This document shows, in pieces, positions 8,876-16,029 of a DNA stretch of 64,000 nucleotides. Every line of letters begins with the position of its first letter. Within the stretch, counting starts at the first letter, position 1. The stretch is from Thermoplasmata archaeon (GTDB taxonomy: Archaea; Thermoplasmatota; Thermoplasmata; Thermoplasmatales; GCA-001856825), in NCBI GenBank assembly GCA_049966795.1, contig JBMFTY010000001.1:14444-78443 (forward strand). Direction: 5' to 3'. The position numbers and the translations under genes are program-made. Under the pieces are notes generated by a model, which did not search any database, had not been told where the DNA came from, and saw only the letters and a list, made by a program, of their open reading frames with translations.

Positions 8876-8886
8876 CGTGACCTACA

Positions 8887-9300
8887 ATGAGTAAGAAGAT
8901 GGCGATAACGGTATTCACAGGAGCGGTGGATAGGCTGACAGGTATGGCGGTACTTGTCGGAGGTGCTGCTGCTTCGGATATAGATGTTGATATATTCCTT
9001 CAGCTGTGGGGTGTCTATGCGATGAGGAAGGACGTGATTGAAAAGAACATGGAGTTCAGCGAGCATGATGATCTGAAGACTGAGGTGGTCGGGGGCCTAA
9101 CCAGGATAAAAGCGCCTTCCTGGATCGATATGCTAAGAGAGGCGAAGAAGGCGGGGAACGTGAAAATCCATGCCTGCTCCCTCGCACTGCAGATTTGGAA
9201 CAAATCAAAGGAAGACCTCGTCGATGTTGTGGACGATGTAATGGGGGCCGCTGAATTTCTCGATCTCTCTGCAAAGGCGAACATAACCTACTTCATATAG
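8887..9300 (+). CDS. DsrE/DsrF-like (DrsE_2 / COG2210-type) sulfurtransferase-like protein
   Basis: 137 aa. It has AITVFTGAVDRLTGMAVLVGGAAA...FLQLWG and a conserved Cys in KIHACSLAL, as in DsrE3-type proteins. Confidence 0.6.
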   Translation: MSKKMAITVFTGAVDRLTGMAVLVGGAAASDIDVDIFLQLWGVYAMRKDVIEKNMEFSEHDDLKTEVVGGLTRIKAPSWIDMLREAKKAGNVKIHACSLALQIWNKSKEDLVDVVDDVMGAAEFLDLSAKANITYFI

Positions 9301-9302
9301 AG

Positions 9303-9572
9303 GTGTTAAAGTTGGTGCTAAATGAAAAGGACCTGGCTAGTGTGAAGTCTGCCAAGCTGGTTGATGCCAGAGGGACAGCCTGTCCCGGTCCATTGCTAGC
9401 TGCGAAAAAGGCAATGAGCGAAGTTCCTCCGGGAGGGATACTGGAAGTCTGGTCCTCCGACCCTGGGACGAACAGGGACCTTCCGTTCTGGGCAAAGAAA
9501 ATGGGGCACGAGTATCTTGGAACTATAACGGAAGCGGGATACTGGAAGATATTCGTCAAGAAAGGAAAGTAA
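9303..9572 (+). CDS. tusA: TusA-family sulfur carrier
   Basis: Carries the canonical motif VDARGTACPGPLLAAKKA. GTG start 2 nt after the upstream stop. Confidence 0.85.
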   Translation: MLKLVLNEKDLASVKSAKLVDARGTACPGPLLAAKKAMSEVPPGGILEVWSSDPGTNRDLPFWAKKMGHEYLGTITEAGYWKIFVKKGK

Positions 9573-9574
9573 GC

Positions 9575-9988
9575 ATGAACGGAGAGCCAAGGATCCTGGT
9601 ATTCTCCACGAATCTGATCTCAGACCCGGGGATAGACCTGGCCGGCCTTCTCAAGATGCACTATCCCTCCACAGTACACATCATCAGCGTCCCCTGTTCC
9701 AGCATGGTCAAGCCGGAGTGGATCCTTCATGCGCTGGAGAAGGGGTATGACGGCGTGTTCATAGCCGCTGATGGAACTGACTGCCCCTGCATATCAGACT
9801 GTACGGAAAGAACATCAAGGAATGTGGGAAGGGCGCAGGAGATGATGAAGGAAAGGGGCATAGACCCCGCCAGGGTCAAGATGGCCGCTATTTGCTCTGT
9901 CTGCTCTGAGGCGTTTGTGAATCACGTGAAATATTTTAAGGAATCCCTCGTAAGCATAGCCAGCCAGATGGTAGGGGTGAAAGCATAG
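9575..9988 (+). CDS. MvhD/FlpD-like iron-sulfur protein
   Basis: 137 aa with RILVFSTN...ISVPCSSMV...GYDGVFIAADGTDCPC, typical of the methyl-viologen-reducing hydrogenase delta subunit family. Starts 2 nt after the tusA stop. Confidence 0.7.
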   Translation: MNGEPRILVFSTNLISDPGIDLAGLLKMHYPSTVHIISVPCSSMVKPEWILHALEKGYDGVFIAADGTDCPCISDCTERTSRNVGRAQEMMKERGIDPARVKMAAICSVCSEAFVNHVKYFKESLVSIASQMVGVKA

Positions 9989-10014
9989 GAAACAAGGAAG
10001 AATACGACACGCTT

Positions 10015-11292
10015 GTGATCGGTGCCGGTATATCAGGGATGGAGACGGCCCTCAATCTTGGGGACATGGGCTTCAGGGTGCTTCTAGTTGAGAAAACCCC
10101 AAGCATCGGCGGCACGATGATCCTCCTCAGCAAGGTGTTTCCAACCCTTGACTGCGCATCATGCATTTCCACTCCGAAGATGGCATCAGTCATGCATCAT
10201 CCGATGATAACAACCCTAACATACACGAACGTGGAAGAGGTGAAGAGAGAAGGAAACAGATTCTCCGTCAGGATTAAGAAGAATCCAAGGTACGTGAAGG
10301 AGGATGTGTGCACGGGCTGCGGCCAATGTGAGAGCAGCTGCCCCGTTGTTGTTCCAGACCAGTATGCATACGGCCTGGTAGGGAGAAAGGCTGCCTACAT
10401 TCCGTTTTCCACTGCCTCCCCCAGGGTCGCTCTCATAGACCTCAAAAACTGCGTTCTTTGCGGTATGTGCGAGAGAATATGTCCGGCGGATGCGATAGAC
10501 TTTACGCAGCAGCCTGTGGAAAGGGAAGTGAGGGTGAGGACCATAGTTATTGCAACGGGCTTCAACCTGTTTCCCGCGGAGAGGATGTCGAACTACGGTT
10601 ATGGAAAGTTCGAAAACGTCATAACTTCAATGCAGATGGAGAGGCTTCTTTCACCAACCAGGCCGTTCAACAATGTGTTGAGGCCATCGGACGGCAAGGT
10701 TCCCTCAAAGATCGCTTACGTACTATGCACGGGCTCAAGGGACAGAACGGTTGGGAACAGCATATGTTCGCAGGTATGCTGCATGTATTCTATCAAGCAG
10801 GCGCAGCTTCTCATGGGTGCGTTGCCCCTGGTCGAGGTGACGATCTTCTACATAGACATCAGGGCATTCGGCAAGGGCTATGAGGAGTTTTATCAGCAGT
10901 CGAAGGAGATGGGGATACGTTTTGTCAAGGGTAAGGTATCAAAAATTGACAAGAAGGAAGACGGCAACCTCGTCCTGAGATATGAGGACATAGGCGATTA
11001 CGGGAAGCTGAAGGAGGAGGAATTTGACATGGTTGTCTTGTCAGTTGGCCTACTCCCATCCTATGAGATCCTGTCGAAATTCAATGGTCTCAAGGTGGAG
11101 CAGGACGAGGCGCTTTTCATCAGGTCCCAGGATATCTTGAACGTCACGGAAACGAGCATTCCTGGGGTGTTCGTGACTGGAACGGCATTTGGTCCCAAGG
11201 ACATCCCAGATTCCGTCACTTCAGCAGGTGATGCGGCTGCTGGGGCAGCTGCGTTCATGAGGGAACAGGAGGTGGCTGCGAACGCCAAATGA
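10015..11292 (+). CDS. Short HdrA-like flavoprotein (QmoA-like) with an inserted 2x[4Fe-4S] ferredoxin motif
   Basis: Has GAGISG...LVEKTPSIGG, FPTLDCASCISTPKM, CTGCGQCESSCP and CVLCGMCERICP. The true start is probably upstream of GTG 10015 (see finding). Confidence 0.8.
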   Translation: MIGAGISGMETALNLGDMGFRVLLVEKTPSIGGTMILLSKVFPTLDCASCISTPKMASVMHHPMITTLTYTNVEEVKREGNRFSVRIKKNPRYVKEDVCTGCGQCESSCPVVVPDQYAYGLVGRKAAYIPFSTASPRVALIDLKNCVLCGMCERICPADAIDFTQQPVEREVRVRTIVIATGFNLFPAERMSNYGYGKFENVITSMQMERLLSPTRPFNNVLRPSDGKVPSKIAYVLCTGSRDRTVGNSICSQVCCMYSIKQAQLLMGALPLVEVTIFYIDIRAFGKGYEEFYQQSKEMGIRFVKGKVSKIDKKEDGNLVLRYEDIGDYGKLKEEEFDMVVLSVGLLPSYEILSKFNGLKVEQDEALFIRSQDILNVTETSIPGVFVTGTAFGPKDIPDSVTSAGDAAAGAAAFMREQEVAANAK

Positions 11293-11302
11293 AAAGATAG
11301 GG

Positions 11303-13237
11303 GTGTATATCTGCCATTGCGGAGGCAACATATCTGATTACGTTGACGTGAAGAAGGTAAAGGAGAAGCTTGAAGGGACGCCAGGTGTCGCGCTCATCAA
11401 GACCATGATGTTCACCTGTTCTGATTCCTCACAGCAGGAGATAATCTCGGATATAAAGGAAAAGGGGCTGGATGCCGTTGTTATTGCATCGTGCTCCCCA
11501 AAACTGCACCAGTTCACGTTCAGAAATGTTGCAAAGAGGGCGGGTCTAAATCAATATAAGTACGTGCAGGCAAACATCAGGGAACAGGTGTCCTGGGCGC
11601 ATTCAAATGACCCGAAAGGGGCAACGGAGAAAGCTATATCTGTGATAAGAGGCGCTATAAGCAGGGCTAGGGAGGCCGAAGCGCTGGAACCGATAGGTAT
11701 TCAGAGCAGCAGGTCTGTACTCATAATAGGAGGAGGTGTCAGCGGGCTCCGATCTGCCCTTGAATTTTCAAAAATAGGGGTGAACGTATACCTCATCGAG
11801 AAGTCCCCGTTTCTGGGAGGAAGGCTGATGCAGTGGGCACAGCTGTTTCCATCGGGGGAAAGTGGGAGAAATGTGGCGGGAAAATTGGTTGAGGATGTTA
11901 CGAGAAGGGAGAATATCACGGTGATGACAAACGCACAGCTGATTGAGAAAGCGGGGTGCGTAGGAAACTTCTCCGTCAAGATAAAGATATGGCCACGGGG
12001 AGTGGTGAAAAGAAGCGACAAGTTCCAGGAGGCAATCCAGAAATGTCCCGTGGAATACGAGGACGAGTATGAATTCGGAATCGGGAAGAGAAAGGCGATC
12101 TTCCTTCGGGAAGGCTCATATCCTGGACTGCCGGCAATAGATTTTGAAAAATGCACTCGATGCGGGGAGTGCGCGAAAATATGTGGAGATGCCGTAGACC
12201 TGCAGCAGAGGGAAGAGGTTATAGAGCTGAACGTTGGTGCGATCGTGGTCGCAACCGGTTTTGATCCCTATACTCCCAAATCCGGGGAATTCGGCTACGG
12301 GAAATTCAAGCGTGTCATAACACTTCCCATGCTTGAACGGTATCTGTCACATAGCACAGGGAAGGGGAGGTTGATTATAGATGGAAGGGAGATAAAGAGC
12401 GCAGCGTTCATCTACTGTGTGGGCAGCAGGCAGCACAGGGAGGAGGGGAAGGATGTGAACGAATACTGTTCAAGGTACTGCTGCACGTCCTCCATCTTCG
12501 TATCCCTCCACCTGAAGAAGGATTATCCGCATCTCAACATATACCATCTTTTCAGGGATATCAGAACCTACGGGAAGAACGAGCTTTATTACGAAGATGC
12601 GTCGCGGAGGGGGGTGGTCTTCGTGAAATACGATGAGGACGACCCGCCAACAGTCACCTCGGATGGGGATTCCCTCATGGTTTCCGTGACGGACCTCCTC
12701 ACTGACAGGGAGAGATTGGAGATTCCAGTGGATCTTGTCGTGCTCGTAACTGGTATGGTTCCCAGGGAAAATGGATCCCTCACGCAGATACTCAAGATCC
12801 CGACCGGGAGGGATAGGTTTTTCAACGAGGTGCATCCTAAGCTCAAGCCTGTGGAGACGACGATAGCAGGCATATACCTCGCGGGTACAAGTCAAGGGCC
12901 GAAGAACACTCAGGAATCAATTTCTTCAGCGCTATCTGCAGTTTCCAAGGCATCATCCCTCCTGATGAAGGGGAAAATCGAGCTAGAGCCAAACGTTGCT
13001 CATGTGAATGAAGAAATTTGCGAGTGGTGCGGGAAGTGTGCGGAAGCATGTCCATATGACGCAATCAGGAAGGTCCAAATCAACGGAAAGGAGGTTGCTA
13101 CAATCGAAGAGGGAATCTGCAAAGGATGTGGTGCCTGTGTTCCCTACTGCCCGGTCAATGCCATACAGGTTTTGGGCTACTCTGATAAGGAGATAATGGC
13201 TGAGATAGATGCTATGGCCGCCAAGGAGGTTGAGTAA
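11303..13237 (+). CDS. Full-length HdrA-like flavoprotein (QmoB-like, lacking a fused MvhD domain)
   Basis: The N-terminus YICHCGGNIS is the HdrA N-domain motif. It also has GGGVSGL FAD binding, CTRCGECAKIC, YCSRYCC, and a C-terminal CEWCGKCAEACP + CKGCGACVPYCP. Confidence 0.85.
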   Translation: MYICHCGGNISDYVDVKKVKEKLEGTPGVALIKTMMFTCSDSSQQEIISDIKEKGLDAVVIASCSPKLHQFTFRNVAKRAGLNQYKYVQANIREQVSWAHSNDPKGATEKAISVIRGAISRAREAEALEPIGIQSSRSVLIIGGGVSGLRSALEFSKIGVNVYLIEKSPFLGGRLMQWAQLFPSGESGRNVAGKLVEDVTRRENITVMTNAQLIEKAGCVGNFSVKIKIWPRGVVKRSDKFQEAIQKCPVEYEDEYEFGIGKRKAIFLREGSYPGLPAIDFEKCTRCGECAKICGDAVDLQQREEVIELNVGAIVVATGFDPYTPKSGEFGYGKFKRVITLPMLERYLSHSTGKGRLIIDGREIKSAAFIYCVGSRQHREEGKDVNEYCSRYCCTSSIFVSLHLKKDYPHLNIYHLFRDIRTYGKNELYYEDASRRGVVFVKYDEDDPPTVTSDGDSLMVSVTDLLTDRERLEIPVDLVVLVTGMVPRENGSLTQILKIPTGRDRFFNEVHPKLKPVETTIAGIYLAGTSQGPKNTQESISSALSAVSKASSLLMKGKIELEPNVAHVNEEICEWCGKCAEACPYDAIRKVQINGKEVATIEEGICKGCGACVPYCPVNAIQVLGYSDKEIMAEIDAMAAKEVE

Positions 13238-13239
13238 CG

Positions 13240-13518
13240 ATGCAAAAGAAAGTCCTAACAGTTGATTCGCTCAAGAACAAGATCGAGGTTCCCAAGGAAC
13301 TTCTGGAAAAGGTCCGTTCCGACAATCAGATAAAAGCATCTATACTAAAAGCCCTGAAGGATGGACCTAAGACCATACCTGAGATAGCTCAGGCTACAGG
13401 TCTTTCTTCCCCAACGGTAACGTGGTGGCTTATGACCCTCAGGAAGTACGGTTCCATAATCGAGGAGGAAGGTGGAATGGAGGATTATTACAGGTACAAA
13501 CTGAAAGGGGGAAAATGA
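13240..13518 (+). CDS. Small winged-helix (ArsR/MarR-like) protein embedded in the operon
   Basis: 92 aa with ILKALKDGPKTIPEIAQATGLSSPTVTWWLMTLRKYG. Starts 2 nt after the HdrA stop, and its stop abuts the next ATG (TGAATG). Confidence 0.5.
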   Translation: MQKKVLTVDSLKNKIEVPKELLEKVRSDNQIKASILKALKDGPKTIPEIAQATGLSSPTVTWWLMTLRKYGSIIEEEGGMEDYYRYKLKGGK

Positions 13519-14640
13519 ATGGTAACTGTCAAGCCTGATCTTCTGGATGAGATGAAGAAGCTGGGGGCGTTCGACGTATCTGCCTGCTACAGTTGCGGCA
13601 CTTGCACGGCAGTTTGTCCTCTGTCAACCAACGGTCACGAATTTCCAAGGAAGATGATAAGGTATGCGATGATAGGGGACGAGAATAAGCTTCTTGCCAG
13701 CACGGAGCCCTGGCTCTGCTATTACTGCGGGGAGTGCACAAGGACATGCCCTCGTGGCGCGGATCCTGCAGGATTCATGATGGCTGCAAGAAGGTATCTC
13801 ACAACAAGATATGATGTCACTGGCTTTTCCAGGAGGTTTTACAGGTCGAAAAGCTTGGAGATTCTTTCCGGAGTCCTCCTCTTTTTCCTGACGGTGTTTC
13901 TTGTCTACATGTTCCACGGTCCGGTGGTCACATCGTACGTGGATCTGGTATCCTTTGCCCCCTTGCGCATAGTGGACCTTGGAGATATTGCGGTGATGAT
14001 ACTCTTAGGTGGTCTCCTCCTCACAAACCTCTACAGGATGTTCAGGTTCACGGTTGCATCATCCCCAAACGGTAAGATTCGCATCTCCTCATACCTGAAG
14101 GAATTGATAAAGACAGTGCCGGTGCATTTTCTAACACAGAGGAGAACCCTTTCATGTGAGAAGGGAGACAGGGATTGGATAATGCACGTGCTTACAGTCT
14201 ATGGCTACGCCTCGTTCTTCGTTCTTGGTGTGTTCCTGCTTGATCTATGGCAAACAAATGTTATGTACCCAATATACAACCCTGTAAGGCTCATAAGCTA
14301 CATCGCCACGGTCATGCTGGGTTTAGGCGTTGGCTATGCCATCTACGGTCGCATAAAGAAGAGCTCAACGATGAGAGAGAAAAGTCACTCAACGGACTGG
14401 TACTTCCTAACGCTTCTGTTCCTAGTCGTTGTGACTGGAGTTGCGGTAACGGTCTTCAAATACACGAACCAGCCAATCGCCACCTATGTCTCGTATACGA
14501 TTCACCTGGGATTCATAGTCCCGCTACTCGTTCTGGAGGTTCCTTTCGCTAAATGGTCCCATCTGGCTTACAGGCCATTTGCAGTGTATTTCGCAAGGCT
14601 GCAGGATTTGCTGAAGGGGGCTGAGAAACCGTCCCCGTAG
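13519..14640 (+). CDS. QmoC-like fusion: HdrC-type 2x[4Fe-4S] domain plus NarI/HdrE-like membrane cytochrome b domain
   Basis: N-terminal CYSCGTCTAVCP and CYYCGECTRTCP motifs are followed by about 6 hydrophobic helices. Conserved His residues are present (MFHG, VPVHF, IMHVL, TIHLG, KWSHLAYRP). Confidence 0.75.
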   Translation: MVTVKPDLLDEMKKLGAFDVSACYSCGTCTAVCPLSTNGHEFPRKMIRYAMIGDENKLLASTEPWLCYYCGECTRTCPRGADPAGFMMAARRYLTTRYDVTGFSRRFYRSKSLEILSGVLLFFLTVFLVYMFHGPVVTSYVDLVSFAPLRIVDLGDIAVMILLGGLLLTNLYRMFRFTVASSPNGKIRISSYLKELIKTVPVHFLTQRRTLSCEKGDRDWIMHVLTVYGYASFFVLGVFLLDLWQTNVMYPIYNPVRLISYIATVMLGLGVGYAIYGRIKKSSTMREKSHSTDWYFLTLLFLVVVTGVAVTVFKYTNQPIATYVSYTIHLGFIVPLLVLEVPFAKWSHLAYRPFAVYFARLQDLLKGAEKPSP

Positions 14641-14781
14641 ATCATCATGATTTCGAAGGAAATCTGCAATGTCTCAGGTGCCAAAGTTCAGGGAACAACA
14701 GCAGTTAAAGAGCGCTGCGGCATCAGAGGCGATTAAGAGCTGGGTACCACAGTCTTACTCAGCCTCTTAAATTCCCGTGGC

Positions 14782-15153
14782 CTATTCGGAAGAGTACTTC
14801 GTCAACCTCTCCACGATGAGTTCCAGATTCACTTCTCCGGTCCTGAAGAAGGCCCCCACATTGCGCTTCTTTCCCGAAATAAGAATCATTGATACATCCT
14901 GGCTGCGGAATATCATCTCGTTCACGTGCTCAAATGGTATCCCGCAGTACATTGAATATATTGAAAAGATATTCGAAAGCAGAGAGAAGAGAGAGCCACT
15001 CAACCTTGCGGTGGAATCAGCCTGAACCGAGTTCAATTGTTCACTCTTGAAAGACAGGAGTTTTCCAGAATAATCGAATTCCCCGACTGCCAGCACACCC
15101 TTCATTTTGTAAATTTCCTCGATTTTCATAGTTACCACTTTCGTATGAATCAT
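14782..15153 (-). CDS. Roadblock/LC7-fold small protein (DUF2173-like)
   Basis: 123 aa. KGVLAVGEFDYSGKLLSFKSE resembles my recollection of DUF2173/roadblock proteins. The assignment is tentative. Confidence 0.4.
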   Translation of the reverse strand: MIHTKVVTMKIEEIYKMKGVLAVGEFDYSGKLLSFKSEQLNSVQADSTARLSGSLFSLLSNIFSIYSMYCGIPFEHVNEMIFRSQDVSMILISGKKRNVGAFFRTGEVNLELIVERLTKYSSE

Positions 15154-15236
15154 GAAAACAGCAGTTCAAAAATCTTGTCCCTAATGGCAATCAAACCGCG
15201 TCTGAGAAACTGAGAAAGTTTAACAAGGCGCGATAT

Positions 15237-15521
15237 CTAGTCTCCCAGTTCCTTCAATTTCTTATTGCTGAACAGATTTTCCTTCAATTCCTTATCAAGC
15301 TGCGGATCTTTCCTTCTGAGGTATTCAAGTATCATGGCGAAGTGTTCCTTCTCGTCATCTCTATTATGCATCATTATGTATTTCAACTCCTTGTCCTTTG
15401 TCACATCGGCACGTTCGTCATAGAACATTATTGCCTCAATCTCCTCAATAAGAGACTGTCTCGCTCTGCTGAGGTCCTTAACATCTTCGCTTATATTTTC
15501 GTCAGACTCATATCTTGGCAT
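15237..15521 (-). CDS. Encapsulated-ferritin (EncFtn) family protein, short form
   Basis: EEIEAIMFYDERADVTKDKELKYIMMHNRDDEKEHFAMILEYLRRKD closely parallels the EncFtn core (EELEAVDWYDQR...HNRDEEKEHAAM..EWLRR) with the Glu/Glu/His ferroxidase ligands. Confidence 0.7.
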   Translation of the reverse strand: MPRYESDENISEDVKDLSRARQSLIEEIEAIMFYDERADVTKDKELKYIMMHNRDDEKEHFAMILEYLRRKDPQLDKELKENLFSNKKLKELGD

Positions 15522-15904
15522 AGTTAATGATATCTGAATTCCGGTTTAAAGGTTGTCCCAGTCAAATTCAGCGATCCCTTTCCCAAAAGGGGAAAAATTA
15601 TGTCTAATTATAGATTGCAATAATGGCCGATGTTCATCAAGATGTTCTTCACTTGTTAATCTTCAGATCGTACCATCAAACTCTTTAAGATGCCATATAG
15701 TTCCAGTAATTTCCCTCGATTTTACGGTGTAGCTGCTTCTAGTTTTTGAACAATAGATGGAAATTATTTACCAGGAAGCCTATTTGTAACTATTCTTCGC
15801 CGGATACAAAGAAGAAACAAGGACCTACCTCGTTTTGAAGGAAGCGTTGTTATTCACACTGGGTTATAGAACGACGCTCCAGATTCTCGGATGACTTTGA
15901 TGGA

Positions 15905-15979
15905 TGGGCTTGTCCGGATTTGAACCGGAGTCTTCGACTCCCGAAGCCGAAAGGATGGACCAATCTACCCCACAAGCCC
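15905..15979 (-). tRNA. tRNA-Pro (anticodon CGG)
   Basis: Acceptor GGGCTTG/CAAGCCC, T-arm TCCGG-TTCAAAT-CCGGA, anticodon arm TCGGC-TTCGGGA-GTCGA. The D-arm/variable-loop spacing is slightly irregular in my hand fold. Confidence 0.7.
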
Positions 15980-16029
15980 CAACGTTCTGCATTTCAAAGC
16001 ATTTAAAAACATTTGCTTAATCCCTTCCC

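Noticed and set aside
9575-11292. The MvhD-like gene ends in TAG immediately before the N-terminally 'truncated' HdrA-like gene. I considered pyrrolysine or read-through producing an MvhD-HdrA fusion.
   Set aside because: The HdrA-like frame is offset from the MvhD frame ((10015-9575) mod 3 = 2), so simple TAG read-through cannot join them. No other in-frame TAG usage was seen in the conserved genes of the window.
10015-13237. The two adjacent HdrA-like ORFs might be one hdrA gene split by a frameshift, making it a pseudogene.
   Set aside because: Each ORF has its own complete FAD-binding GxGxxG region and FeS motifs. The second also starts with the normal HdrA N-domain motif. This is a QmoA/QmoB-like paralogue pair, not two halves of one gene.
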